A DNA stretch of 62,327 bases from Dehalococcoidia bacterium (GCA_029936935.1 JAPYRQ010000003.1:1-62327), one strand, 5' to 3'. Positions 10,026 through 19,880 are shown, counted from the first letter of the stretch. Program-made: numbers and translations. Notes: generated by a model from the letters alone, not told the origin.

Positions 10026-12545
10026 GTGGAAACGATAGGTTCTGATTCCACAGACGAGGCATCACCTATAGACAGTAAGCCGCAGACATTGAGCGCCCGG
10101 TCACTGGAACTGCTGGAGTTCCCGGCCGTGCTGGCCCAACTTGGCGGGCATTCGGCCTTCGCCCTTGGACGTGAAGCTGCCCTCGCGCTGACGCCATCGT
10201 CGAACCATGACGATGTTGCCCGCCGACAGCAGGAGACCTCTGAGGCAAGGCTCTTCATTGAGTCCGATGGCGTCATGGATATGGACGAGGCGGCAGACGT
10301 CCGACTTGAGGCGCATCGTGCAGCCAAAGAGGGCATCCTCACCGGGCTTGAGCTGCGTGCCATCGCAGAGACGCTACGGGCTGGGCGCATGGCTAGAGCC
10401 ACCTTTCAGCGCAGGTTGAAAGAATGTCCTGCGTTGGCGGATGTTGCAGGTAGGATTCCGGACTTGGATCTGCAGGAAACCAACATAGCACGGTCAATCA
10501 GCAAGAGCGGAGAGGTAGAGGATGCGGCTTCCCCCGCCCTGCGTGAGCATCGGTCTCAAGGGCGAATCGCGTACAACAGGTTGGAAGAGACGCTGCAACG
10601 GATGATTCGCTCAGACCGGGGACGAAATGTTCTTCAAGAACCGCTGATTACTGAACGGAATGGTCGATTGGTGGTGCCGGTCAAAGTGGAGATGCGCAAC
10701 AGGTTGCCGGGCCTGGTGCATGACGTCTCAGGCAGCGGCGAGACCATCTTTGTAGAGCCGCTTGCAGCGGTGACCCTGGGGAACCAGTGGCGGGAACTCA
10801 AACTCGCTGAAGGCCGTGAAGAAGAACGAATCCTCCGGGAACTCTCTACAAGCATTGGCGACTACGCTGATGAGGTCGAGTTGACCCTCGATTTGCTCGC
10901 AAGACTTGACCTTGCCCTGGCGAAAGGTCGCTACGCTAAGCGTTTAGGTGCCATTCCAGCAGCTACTGCGGGGGCTGATACCCAGGACATACGGCTGGTG
11001 GCGGCAAGGCATCCGTTGCTGCGAGGCGAAGTCGTCCCCCTATCCTTGGAACTCGGCTCAACCAGTAGGAGCGATGACGCTGATGACGGAGTGGCAGGAA
11101 CCCCTAGAAGGGTACTACTGATAACAGGCCCCAACGGCGGCGGAAAGACCGTGACTCTCAAGACCTTGGGACTCCTGGCACTGATGCATCAGACCGGACT
11201 GCAGGTTCCTGCGTCTGAAGGCACTGTGCTGCCTATCTTTGATCGCGTGTACGCGGACATCGGCGACCAGCAGAGCATTGAACAGTCCCTCTCTACGTTC
11301 ACTTCCCATATGGAAAGCGTGAAATCCATCCTATCGGAGGCCACATCGCGGTCGCTGGTGCTCATGGACGAACTTGGGACGAGCACTGACCCCGAGGAGG
11401 GTGCTGCCCTTGCCGAGGCCGTGCTGCACAGCTTGCTGCAGGTGGGAGTGACTACGGTGGCAACCACGCACTTACGACGTGTTGCAGCCTACGTGCAGGA
11501 GACCGCTGGAATGATCAATGCGAGCGTGGAATTGGACCCTGACACCTTTGAGCCCACTTACGGTCTGGCGGTCGGTCTGCCTGGGCGGAGTTATGCCCTG
11601 ACTATCGCTGCTAGGACGGGTTTGCCCCCGGAAGTGGTGGCGCGTGCACAGTCCATGCTCTCGCCGGAACACCAGCGCGTGGACGAGTTGCTGGCGGAAG
11701 TGGTGGAGGAGCGTCAGGCGGCGGCCAATATGCGTGCCGAGGGTGAGGCGGTTCTGGCTCAAGCCCAGGAACTTCGACGTGAAGCAGAAGCGGAGTTGGA
11801 GCGGTTACGGGCGCTGGAAGTGGAGCAACTTGAAGTCGCTCGACATGACTTGCAGACCCAGGCCCAGGAGTTGATGGGCAAGCTTCAAGCAGCGGGGAAG
11901 GTCCTTCATGCCACACCCCAGGCCCCTACCGTTGAAGTTGTGGCAGAGGTTCAGCAGGCGGTTGCGTCCGTGCAGAACGTACGTAAACAGCTACGCACAC
12001 GCTCGTGGAGGCCGAAGCGCGCCGATAGGGCAGCATGGTTGCAGAACCTTGCCGCGGGAGATTCAGTGCGCGTGCAGGGTTTCCCCGGAATAGCACAGGT
12101 CATTTCTGACCCGGATGGTAGAGGAATGGTTGAGGTGGCGGTAGGCTCCTTGCGAGCGCAAGTGCCCCTGGAACACGTTATGCATCGAGACCCCGAAGGA
12201 GCTTCTACTGCCCCGTCTCCGGTTAAACGCAAGCCCAAACCAAAAGTTGAGATACCGGAAGAATTCATGGGTAGCACCCAGCCCGGCGGCGAATTACTTC
12301 AAGTGCCATCAACAGACTTGGATATGAGAGGGATGCGCGTGGATGAAGCCTTAATCCAACTTGAGACGTTCCTGGACAAAGCTCTGCTGGATGGCGCATC
12401 ACAGGTGCGTATCATCCACGGCATGGGCACGGGCGCGTTGAGAACAGCGGTGCGAGAACGATTAGGCTCTCACGCTATGGTTACCCGCTGGGCGCCGGAA
12501 GAGGGCCGTACTGCCGATGGCGCAACAATTGCTGACCTGGCCTAA
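10026..12545 (+). CDS. mutS2: Endonuclease MutS2 (RqcU-type)
   Basis: ITGPNGGGKT, DIGDQQSIEQSLSTFTSH, DELGTSTDPEEG, C-terminal Smr domain IIHGMGTGALR; GTG start chosen after AAGAGG. Confidence 0.95.
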   Translation: METIGSDSTDEASPIDSKPQTLSARSLELLEFPAVLAQLGGHSAFALGREAALALTPSSNHDDVARRQQETSEARLFIESDGVMDMDEAADVRLEAHRAAKEGILTGLELRAIAETLRAGRMARATFQRRLKECPALADVAGRIPDLDLQETNIARSISKSGEVEDAASPALREHRSQGRIAYNRLEETLQRMIRSDRGRNVLQEPLITERNGRLVVPVKVEMRNRLPGLVHDVSGSGETIFVEPLAAVTLGNQWRELKLAEGREEERILRELSTSIGDYADEVELTLDLLARLDLALAKGRYAKRLGAIPAATAGADTQDIRLVAARHPLLRGEVVPLSLELGSTSRSDDADDGVAGTPRRVLLITGPNGGGKTVTLKTLGLLALMHQTGLQVPASEGTVLPIFDRVYADIGDQQSIEQSLSTFTSHMESVKSILSEATSRSLVLMDELGTSTDPEEGAALAEAVLHSLLQVGVTTVATTHLRRVAAYVQETAGMINASVELDPDTFEPTYGLAVGLPGRSYALTIAARTGLPPEVVARAQSMLSPEHQRVDELLAEVVEERQAAANMRAEGEAVLAQAQELRREAEAELERLRALEVEQLEVARHDLQTQAQELMGKLQAAGKVLHATPQAPTVEVVAEVQQAVASVQNVRKQLRTRSWRPKRADRAAWLQNLAAGDSVRVQGFPGIAQVISDPDGRGMVEVAVGSLRAQVPLEHVMHRDPEGASTAPSPVKRKPKPKVEIPEEFMGSTQPGGELLQVPSTDLDMRGMRVDEALIQLETFLDKALLDGASQVRIIHGMGTGALRTAVRERLGSHAMVTRWAPEEGRTADGATIADLA

Positions 12546-13289
12546 CGCGATAGGGCAGCGCTTGGTGTAGATGTGTCTGTACTAGAGGGTTTCGGCAGTT
12601 GATCCACGATGAAACGATACCCTACGCCCGTCTCTGTACGAATGTACCGAGGGTTGCTTGAATTATCCTTCAGCTTGTGGCGCAACCGGTTCACGAACAC
12701 ACGCAGGTAATCCACTTCCTCGCCGTATTCAATAACCAGACCTGTTGCAACAGCATCTTGTGTGTCATGACCTTGCCCTTATGGGTAACCAACTCTGTCA
12801 GCAAGCTGTACTCAGTGGGCGTCAACTTCACTTCGCTCCCTTCCACCGTGACGAAACGGAGGGCGAAGTTGATCTGAAGGTCTCCGCTCTCGTACGTTGG
12901 CTCAGGGAGCAGGGTCTCGGCCTGGTTGGTGCGACGTAATACCGCCTCTATGCGCGCAACCAGTTCTTCGATCACAATGGCTTCACCAGATAATCGTCTG
13001 CGCCTAATCGCAGAGACTTGACCTTCTCCTGCTCTTCCAGCACGGCGCTGAGCATGATAATGGGCACAGAAGACCACTCACGCACACGACGACATACCTC
13101 AAACCCGTTCATCCCCGGCATAGTCACGTCCAACACCAGAAGGTCAGCCATGGTCTCTTCCATCAACGTTAGCGCATGTAGGCCATCGCTGGCCGTCACT
13201 ACTTCGTATTCCTGCCTGCGGAGGTTCGCGGACACTGACCTCAAGATGCTCTGATCATCGCCCACCAGAAGTATTGTTGCCTTTCTCAT
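12542..13289 (-). pseudogene. KdpE/OmpR-family response regulator with two frameshifts
   Basis: Receiver domain (12972-13289), then a wHTH in a second frame (IEELVARIEAVLRR...LTPTEYSLL), then a third frame EYGEEVDYLRVFVNRLRHKL...TETGVGYRF; apparent 1-nt deletions near 12977 and 12735. Confidence 0.85.
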
Positions 13290-13650
13290 TACATCACAAC
13301 CCCTTGGGTTGTCGCAGTTGTGTGTTGGTCTGCTCTCTTCTATCCATTGAGTCTAGGCGGAATAGGCCGTTATCAACAGAGGGAGGCCATCTAATTTTGA
13401 GGGGGAAGAACTATAATTTTGCTCTACAAGTTGTCTGGAAGATTTCCCAAACACTGGGGGGTTCCGGCACTCTCACGATTCGTGGATTCCCCCAATTCCC
13501 TTGATATTTAGATATGTTTTTGGTGTTAACCCTATCATCGCTCAGAGGCGATGGGGAATGTCCCTCTATTCCACTTCAGACATTGAGGCCGCAGCAATTG
13601 CAGCGATTGAGAGTCAACAAGCGGAGACGGCAACTGCTAGCCACTAGGCT

Positions 13651-14430
13651 TCAATCGTCGCAGGCCTGAAGGGAAACGCCCATGTCCGTGTATTTTGCTG
13701 CGAACACGACTTTGAGCCGTTCCTGGAGAACGGCAAAGTCGTCACACCAACCCTCTGCAATGCAATCCTCTGTCAGCGCCCAATCAAAGTACTCGATGAG
13801 GTCATCTACCTGATCGGAGTCGTTCTTTAACCCTATCGAGAGGCTACGATCGGGCGCCTCAGCAGCCAACCACATGTTGTATCGGAGTTGGTCGCCATAG
13901 GTGAGTGGAAAGCCCGTGTCGTTGGTGTAGCCATCGATGTTGTCAGGCTCAACGGCGTCGAACCCTTTGGCGGCACAGAGGTCGAGACGCGCGCCCATGA
14001 TAGGCGCAAGAGCATCGATGTTCCGGATGTCCAACCAGCGCTCGCCTTCCCAGCCATCGTAGTCGTCGCCAAGGACTTCGGACGGAAACGCATCGGCGTC
14101 AGACCTCCACTCCTCCCAACTCCCAGCGCTCATGTGGCAGATGACATCTCGACCTTGAGCGTGGAGGCTGGAAACGAGCTCAGCGGACACATCGAACAAG
14201 TCGACATCGTAGACATCCACATCGAACGATGTATCAACGTCGCCGGTGTTTATCTGCCATTGCCAGGAGTTTCCCACTGTGGGTAGCCATGAGTCTTCGT
14301 TCAGCGGTGCCGGAGTCAAAACAGAAATAGAAGGCAGAGACTCTACCTCTTCCGAACCGCTGGAGCAGGCCGATATGAAGAGCCCTGTAACCAGGATCGC
14401 TATCAGGGCGCTCCAAGCTTGGGTGGGCAT
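13651..14430 (-). CDS. Endo-alpha-1,4-polygalactosaminidase (GH114) lipoprotein, C-terminus possibly truncated
   Basis: Lipobox ISAC; SWQWQI, DVDLFD, SAGSWEEWRSDA, KGFDAVEPDNID, GLKN, ALTEDC. Confidence 0.8.
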   Translation of the reverse strand: MPTQAWSALIAILVTGLFISACSSGSEEVESLPSISVLTPAPLNEDSWLPTVGNSWQWQINTGDVDTSFDVDVYDVDLFDVSAELVSSLHAQGRDVICHMSAGSWEEWRSDADAFPSEVLGDDYDGWEGERWLDIRNIDALAPIMGARLDLCAAKGFDAVEPDNIDGYTNDTGFPLTYGDQLRYNMWLAAEAPDRSLSIGLKNDSDQVDDLIEYFDWALTEDCIAEGWCDDFAVLQERLKVVFAAKYTDMGVSLQACDD

Positions 14431-14813
14431 CAACCGATGTACGCTATTGCTTCAACTTCCATCAAGAACTCGGGCCTGGCCAGTCGGGAAATGACCAGCA
14501 ATGTGGAGGTTGGCGGGTTCTCGTTCAAGTAGCGCAGCCGAGATGCTCGTACAGCGTAAATGTCGTCTGGGTTCAAGATGTAGGTGGTTGTCTTCACAAT
14601 ATCGCTGAGCTTTGCGCCAACGGAGGCCAGCGCGTTCTGCAGGTTCTGGTATATCTGTTCGGCCTGGGCTGCAGCGTTGCCTTCCCCCACTACGGACCCA
14701 TCCGGCGCTATGGGCACCTGACCGGCGACGTAAATGGTGTCACCAGCTTTGACCACGTGTGAATACCCTGTGGGTGTGTGCATACCGCTTGGGTTCAAGT
14801 GCTCTTTAGGCAT
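14430..14813 (-). CDS. RidA/YjgF family protein
   Basis: YSHVVKAGDTIYVAGQV, PTSTL, LMEVEAIA. Confidence 0.9.
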   Translation of the reverse strand: MPKEHLNPSGMHTPTGYSHVVKAGDTIYVAGQVPIAPDGSVVGEGNAAAQAEQIYQNLQNALASVGAKLSDIVKTTTYILNPDDIYAVRASRLRYLNENPPTSTLLVISRLARPEFLMEVEAIAYIG

Positions 14814-14869
14814 AATGCTCCTTTTGAAAACAGTGTTTCTTCGATGGCCCTGGTATTATAGCCCCAACC

Positions 14870-15035
14870 GGCTCGCCGGTATTGATACGGAGACGAGGGC
14901 AAGCTCCCGCCTGACTTGCTGGCTCAACTATCAAGGGGAACCGGTAAGCCGGACTGGTAGTTAGAGCCGCAAGCTGAACCCGTATAAATCTGCTTTTGAA
15001 TCACTAGTACAACTACTGAGCAAGGCCGGCGAGCC
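14870..15035 (+). ncRNA. Putative 6S RNA-like long irregular hairpin
   Basis: Outer stem 14870-80/15025-35, large central bubble, inner stems 14915-33/14955-73, apical ccgg-taag-ccgg; G-U pairs favour the + strand; TGnTATTAT extended -10 at 14851-59. Confidence 0.6.
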
Positions 15036-15048
15036 AGCGGAGGGACCA

Positions 15049-16059
15049 TTGGACATTGGCAAGCTGCCAGCAGACCTGCTGGGAAAGCTGTTGAATACAG
15101 CGAACACCACGGATCCTCGAGTGTTGCTTGGCCCTCGCGTGGGCGCTGACGCAGCGGTCATCGATATGGGCGATACGGTGCTGGTTGCTAAGTCAGACCC
15201 TGTGACCTTCGCCGCTGAGCGCATCGGCTGGTACACCGTGCAGGTCAACGCCAACGACATCGCCTGCCTTGGCGCGACACCGAAGTGGTTCCTTGCCACC
15301 GTGCTGTTGCCAGAGGGAGCTGAGCCTGAGTTGGCCGAGGAGATATTCAACCAGATCACTGAGGCGTGCGATGGGTTGGGCGTTGCTCTGGTGGGAGGCC
15401 ACACAGAGATAACCTACGGCCTGACAAGAGCTATCGTGTCTGGTCATATGCTTGGCGAGGCGAAGAAGTCAGATGTCGTTTGGCCCGGAGGCGCACTGCC
15501 CGGCGATGTCCTGCTGCTCACAAGTGGGATCGCTATCGAGGGCACAGCGTTGTTGGCGCGTGAAGCCGCGGATGCGCTTCGCGCTGGTGGTATGAGCGAT
15601 GCTGAGATTGATGCAGCAGCGGCATTGTTGGAATCCCCTAGCATTAGTGTGGTCCGTGCGGCGCAGATTGCCTGTTCTGCCGGCGGCATCCATGCGATGC
15701 ACGATCCAACTGAAGGCGGCCTTGCTACCGGTTTGGCTGAGCTTGCTTCCGCTGCCAGCGTTGGCGTTGAACTGGACGCCGATGCGATTCATGTATTTCC
15801 TGAGACCCGGGCGGTGTGTACGGCGTTGCAGCTGGAACCGCTTGGATTGCTCGCTTCCGGCGCGCTTCTGATGGCTGTCGAGCCGGGGGGTGTGGCAAAC
15901 GTCCAGGCATCACTGGATCAAGAGGGTATCGATTCCCACCTCATTGGTAAGGTGACGGAAGCCACCGCCGGACTCAAGCTAGCATTTTCAAGTGGACTTT
16001 CCCCCTTGCCGATATTCCCCCGAGACGAACTTGCTCGTTACATGAGTCAACCGAACTAA
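15049..16059 (+). CDS. AIR synthase (PurM/HypE-like) family protein
   Basis: IGKLP, KSDPVT, VNANDIA, GGHTE, MHDPTEGGL. Confidence 0.85.
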   Translation: MDIGKLPADLLGKLLNTANTTDPRVLLGPRVGADAAVIDMGDTVLVAKSDPVTFAAERIGWYTVQVNANDIACLGATPKWFLATVLLPEGAEPELAEEIFNQITEACDGLGVALVGGHTEITYGLTRAIVSGHMLGEAKKSDVVWPGGALPGDVLLLTSGIAIEGTALLAREAADALRAGGMSDAEIDAAAALLESPSISVVRAAQIACSAGGIHAMHDPTEGGLATGLAELASAASVGVELDADAIHVFPETRAVCTALQLEPLGLLASGALLMAVEPGGVANVQASLDQEGIDSHLIGKVTEATAGLKLAFSSGLSPLPIFPRDELARYMSQPN

Positions 16060-16949
16060 TGCGATTACTTACTCAAACCAAAAAGCGGCCAACAGCCCTC
16101 ATGGTCTACGCCGGGCTGGCGTTGGGCGTCTCCGCCGTTTCTTCAGCTGCTGTCCTCATTCGATTGGCCGATGCCCCTGCGCTGACCATCGCCGCCTACA
16201 GGCTGGTGCTAGCGTCAATCGTCGTGGTGCCAATAGGCCTCGCCACGGACTGGAGTGCCCTTTGCTCGTTGACGTTGAAACAGTGGGGATTGGCTGCCGT
16301 CTCTGCGGCATGTCTGGCAGCGCACTTTGCTTTCTGGATAACGTCGCTGGAGCATACGTCCGTTGCCAGCTCAGTCATCATCGTGACCTCCAACCCGATA
16401 CTTGTGGCTATCGGCTCAAGGCTGATCCTGCGAGAGCGTTCATCGCCGGCGGTTGTGCTTGGCATCGGCATGGCGTTGTTTGGTGGACTTGTCATAACGG
16501 TGGGCGACTGGGATCTGGGAGACCGCAGGCTTTACGGTGATTTCCTGGCGTTTCTGGGAGCTGCTGCGGTGGCGGGATACTACATTGCTGGGCGCAGCCT
16601 GCGTGAACGATTGAGCCTCTTCGGTTACATAACCCCGGTCTACGGCGGTGCGGCGATAATCCTGCTGGTGGTCGTATTTGTGACAGACACATCAATGACC
16701 GGGTTTAGCCTGGAGACGTACGGGTATCTGGCGTTCATTGGTTTGGTTCCCCAATTGGTGGGTCACTCGTCCTTAAACTGGTCGCTGGGCTACCTGCCCG
16801 CAACGTTGGTGTCTACGGCCGTTATGGCGGAGCCGATCGGCGCAACGCTGTTGGCTTGGGCTATTCTGGACGAAACCCCACCCGTGGCCACGGTGGCTGG
16901 CGGCGCTTTGGTGTTGCTGGGAGTGTACATAGCACTGCGAAAGCGCTAG
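16059..16949 (+). CDS. DMT/EamA family transporter
   Basis: About 10 TM; HFAFWITSLEHTSVASS, GHSSLNW, EPIGA. Confidence 0.9.
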   Translation: MRLLTQTKKRPTALMVYAGLALGVSAVSSAAVLIRLADAPALTIAAYRLVLASIVVVPIGLATDWSALCSLTLKQWGLAAVSAACLAAHFAFWITSLEHTSVASSVIIVTSNPILVAIGSRLILRERSSPAVVLGIGMALFGGLVITVGDWDLGDRRLYGDFLAFLGAAAVAGYYIAGRSLRERLSLFGYITPVYGGAAIILLVVVFVTDTSMTGFSLETYGYLAFIGLVPQLVGHSSLNWSLGYLPATLVSTAVMAEPIGATLLAWAILDETPPVATVAGGALVLLGVYIALRKR

Positions 16950-17022
16950 CTTCACCTTGTATTGGGCGTCCTGGCGATGCTAGAATAACCGTGCAGGTCA
17001 CGCCAGTGGCCTCGTGGTTCGT

Positions 17023-17097
17023 TCCCCGGTAGCTCAGCGGTAGAGCAATCGACTGTTAATCGATTTGTCGTAGGTTCGATCCCTACCCGGGGAGCCA
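17023..17097 (+). tRNA. tRNA-Asn(GTT)
   Basis: Acceptor TCCCCGG/CCGGGGA-G-CCA, anticodon arm atcga-CTGTTAA-tcgat, GGTTCGATCC T-loop. Confidence 0.97.
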
Positions 17098-17176
17098 TTT
17101 CCCACTTTCTTGAAACCGCCGCAGTTGTGTGTTCCTAATCCTGCCGAATTTCCGTAGCTGCGCTTATACTGGAGCC

Positions 17177-17452
17177 ATGTTCTTCACCGTAACCGAAGCT
17201 GCTTTGGAAGACCTTCTTAAGGGTCGCAGGCGTGAGCAACACCCGGAAGACCGGGTCATGCGCGTGATCTGGTTTGACGACGACTACGCTTTCAAGCTGG
17301 ACACCCCTGAGTTCGACGACCTGATATTCACGCAGGACGGAGTGCAGGTGCTGTTGATCAGCCTGGATATGAATCAGAAACTCAGTGAGATGAAGATGGA
17401 CGTGGTGTATCGGAACGAGAAGAACCACTTTGTCATGCATCACCAGGACTGA
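17177..17452 (+). CDS. HesB/IscA-like small protein without cysteines
   Basis: MFFTVTEAALE...FKLDTPEFDDLIFTQDGVQVLLIS pattern; GGAG RBS. Confidence 0.55.
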   Translation: MFFTVTEAALEDLLKGRRREQHPEDRVMRVIWFDDDYAFKLDTPEFDDLIFTQDGVQVLLISLDMNQKLSEMKMDVVYRNEKNHFVMHHQD

Positions 17453-17499
17453 AATGACCGATAACCTTGATGCCCACATTCTCCTAAAGGTGCCGTGTT

Positions 17500-18237
17500 A
17501 TGCCTGATGACCCTCTAATCCTCATAGCCCTGTTGGCCGCCGTTTTCTTTGCGGGGCTGACTCAGGGCACCACCGGCTTTGGCTTCGCCCTTGTGGCCGT
17601 CCCTCCGATGACCATCCTGGTGGACCCCCAGATCATAGTCCCGGCGTTGTTGATGCAGACCTTGATGACCGGCACGCTTATCCTCATCCATGCTCGCAAG
17701 CACCTACGCATTAACCGGATGTGGTTGCTGCCGTTGTCGGGCGTGACGGGTATCCCTGCGGGCACGCTGATCCTAGTGGTACTGGACCCCGGACCTTTGC
17801 GAGTGCTCATAGGCATTGTTGTGGTAGTGGCGGCTCTGGCAATGATGGCCGGATTCAGACGGCCCATACGGAATGAGCGGGTTGCTTCTGTGCCTGTTGG
17901 GTTTGTCAGCGGAACCCTCAGCGCAAGCACGGGGTTGTCCGGCCCGCCCGTCATCTTCTTCTACACCAACCAGAGTGTGGACATCCAGGAATTCCGGGCG
18001 AACATCGTGGCCCACTTCATCATCATGAACATCGCCACTATTCCCATATACATCATCTCAGGCCTATTTACCGGCGAGAATTTGCTGCTCAGCGCACAGC
18101 TGTTGCCTGCCACGTTGGTGGGGGTCACCAGCGGCATCGTCATCAACCGGTGGGTTCAAGAGGCGCTGTTCCGTCGGATTGCACTGGGTCTGATTCTGGC
18201 CTCGGGGACCATCGCCGTAGTATCCGGAGCCCTCTAG
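17500..18237 (+). CDS. Sulfite exporter TauE/SafE family protein
   Basis: AGLTQGTTGFGFALV, STGLSGPP; about 8 TM. Confidence 0.88.
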   Translation: MPDDPLILIALLAAVFFAGLTQGTTGFGFALVAVPPMTILVDPQIIVPALLMQTLMTGTLILIHARKHLRINRMWLLPLSGVTGIPAGTLILVVLDPGPLRVLIGIVVVVAALAMMAGFRRPIRNERVASVPVGFVSGTLSASTGLSGPPVIFFYTNQSVDIQEFRANIVAHFIIMNIATIPIYIISGLFTGENLLLSAQLLPATLVGVTSGIVINRWVQEALFRRIALGLILASGTIAVVSGAL

Positions 18238-18314
18238 CGCAAGGCAAACGAAAGCCCCGCAACGATGAAGGGGCATCGTGCAGGGCTATTGCTAGCTGAT
18301 TGACGCGGTGGTTG

Positions 18315-18569
18315 TTAGGCCAACGCGGGTGCGTGGAGCTTGTTCAAGGGACTGATGATCTTACCAGCCTCTTCCCAGGAAACCTGGTACCTCGGCGTCA
18401 CATCCAGGCCAACCGGGTTTGTCAGCCATTCCATCGGATTAACGTCGCCAATGGCTGGGGTGTTCAAGGTCGGAGTGCCAACTGCAACAACCTTGGATGT
18501 CCGGCTCCCCGTGTAGGAAAATTTTGTCCTTACCAGGTCGTCTATGCTGAACGTTTGGTGGTTTTCCAT
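18315..18569 (-). CDS. Hypothetical protein, 84 aa
   Basis: ATG with GGAGGGG RBS; hairpin downstream (18254-18288). Confidence 0.65.
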   Translation of the reverse strand: MENHQTFSIDDLVRTKFSYTGSRTSKVVAVGTPTLNTPAIGDVNPMEWLTNPVGLDVTPRYQVSWEEAGKIISPLNKLHAPALA

Positions 18570-18625
18570 GATTCCCCTCCGTGTCCTCGTTACAAGTACA
18601 CATTAGCTTTTGGGGAGAGGTGGAA

Positions 18626-18682
18626 CATCGTCCTAGGGGATGAGCGAGGGATGATTTACGAGTCATCAAAAAGGATTAATCC
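18626..18682 (-). promoter_or_regulatory. Duplicated 57-bp upstream module, copy A
   Basis: 41/57 gapless identity to 19881-19937; contains GGATTAATCC and ATGA-n8-TCAT palindromes. Confidence 0.6.
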
Positions 18683-18721
18683 TTTTCTCCAATGGCCACG
18701 AATCAGGGCATCCATAGCCCA

Positions 18722-19144
18722 CTAAGCTCCGCCAGACAACGGTCGCGGACGCAGGTAACCATCCGCTCTTGTTTTTGGCCGAAGCCTTGATGGAACTCCG
18801 GGCCTGGAAGAAAGCTCCTCTGTGGTTTCGTTCATTCTCATTTGCATCAGTCGCGCCAACAGCGCTTGATCGATTCCGTCAGGGGCTGTGTATTTACCGG
18901 TCACTTGACTCGTGGCCTGGCCAATGGGGTCATGTTGTTGCGTTGATTGAGCCTCAGACATGAGCCCCCACCAGGACTCCACAAGCCAGTCCGTCAGTTC
19001 TTCACTCATGGCATCGTTTTTGCGGAGAGCAACCTTCAGGAAAGACACGAAGCCAAAATCCGGGTTTGCCCGGAGGGAGGTCATATAGGAATCCATGATG
19101 GGGGTGAGATCGGTGATTCCGTGGGCACTGTTGTCTGCGGTCAT
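18722..19144 (-). CDS. Hypothetical protein, 140 aa
   Basis: ATG with GGGAG RBS; helical composition. Confidence 0.6.
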   Translation of the reverse strand: MTADNSAHGITDLTPIMDSYMTSLRANPDFGFVSFLKVALRKNDAMSEELTDWLVESWWGLMSEAQSTQQHDPIGQATSQVTGKYTAPDGIDQALLARLMQMRMNETTEELSSRPGVPSRLRPKTRADGYLRPRPLSGGA

Positions 19145-19360
19145 CGGTGGTCACTCCCAGTAAATTACTGCTTCTTCGAAACAGAATGCCACAGCATGTT
19201 TAGCGTCACATCGACTTGATGGATGATTGAGGTATCACCCGACTGGGCGATGCCTCATTGGGCCGGCCACTGGGGTTTGGGATGAGCGTTTATTGGCTGC
19301 CATTGAAAAAGCGCGACGATAGTTCATCACACTTTTTATCATGAGCTTTTAGGTCACTAG

Positions 19361-19555
19361 TTATTTGTCAGACGCGGCGGAGGAACCATTAAAGCGACTG
19401 ATGTACTGGCGCCAGTCGTTTCGCTCTCTATCAAGCTTCAACCGGAAGATGTCTGAGAGTCGTACACCCTGCCAGCACTTGGTTGCGTAGGTGTGTAGGG
19501 CCAATGGCTCTTCAACAACCATGACCTTTGTTTTAGGCATCGTTATTGTTGTCAT
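19361..19555 (-). CDS. Hypothetical protein, 64 aa
   Basis: ATG 21 nt after the HTH gene stop; purine-rich RBS. Confidence 0.55.
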   Translation of the reverse strand: MTTITMPKTKVMVVEEPLALHTYATKCWQGVRLSDIFRLKLDRERNDWRQYISRFNGSSAASDK

Positions 19556-19576
19556 TTCGTTTCTCTCTTTTCCTAC

Positions 19577-19786
19577 TTACCAATTACCGGTTTTGGCTGT
19601 GGTGTGCTGCCAGGATTCCATTAACCGCGCCAGGTCTTCTCGATGGAACCGTCGATCTCCCCGAAGTCCTAGCCTGAAATACGGGAGGAGGCCGATCTCT
19701 GCCCATCGTCGAACTGAGTTCGGGTGAGCATTCAGCATCATTGCTGCCTCTGAAACCGTGAGGACTTGCTTCTCTGCTGTGACCAT
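19577..19786 (-). CDS. Excisionase/MerR-like (HTH_17, BldC-like) stand-alone DNA-binding protein
   Basis: LTVSEAAMMLNAHPNSVRRWAEIGLLPYFRLGLRGDRRF; AAGGAGG RBS. Confidence 0.85.
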   Translation of the reverse strand: MVTAEKQVLTVSEAAMMLNAHPNSVRRWAEIGLLPYFRLGLRGDRRFHREDLARLMESWQHTTAKTGNW

Positions 19787-19880
19787 GTGACCTCCTTGTG
19801 TTACCTGAAGTTCTCTGGAACCCCTTTAACCTACCGGAGTTCCCTAACATCACCATAATTCCATTTCTCCGTAGCTCGGG

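Noticed and set aside
12972-12974. TGA as selenocysteine readthrough in the response regulator
   Set aside because: Homology continues in a different frame, so it is a frameshift, and the position is not a Cys site.
15049-16059. AIR-synthase protein as the missing SenC/SelD
   Set aside because: It lacks the N-terminal Cys/Sec-x-x-Lys motif of SelD and is 28 kb from senAB.
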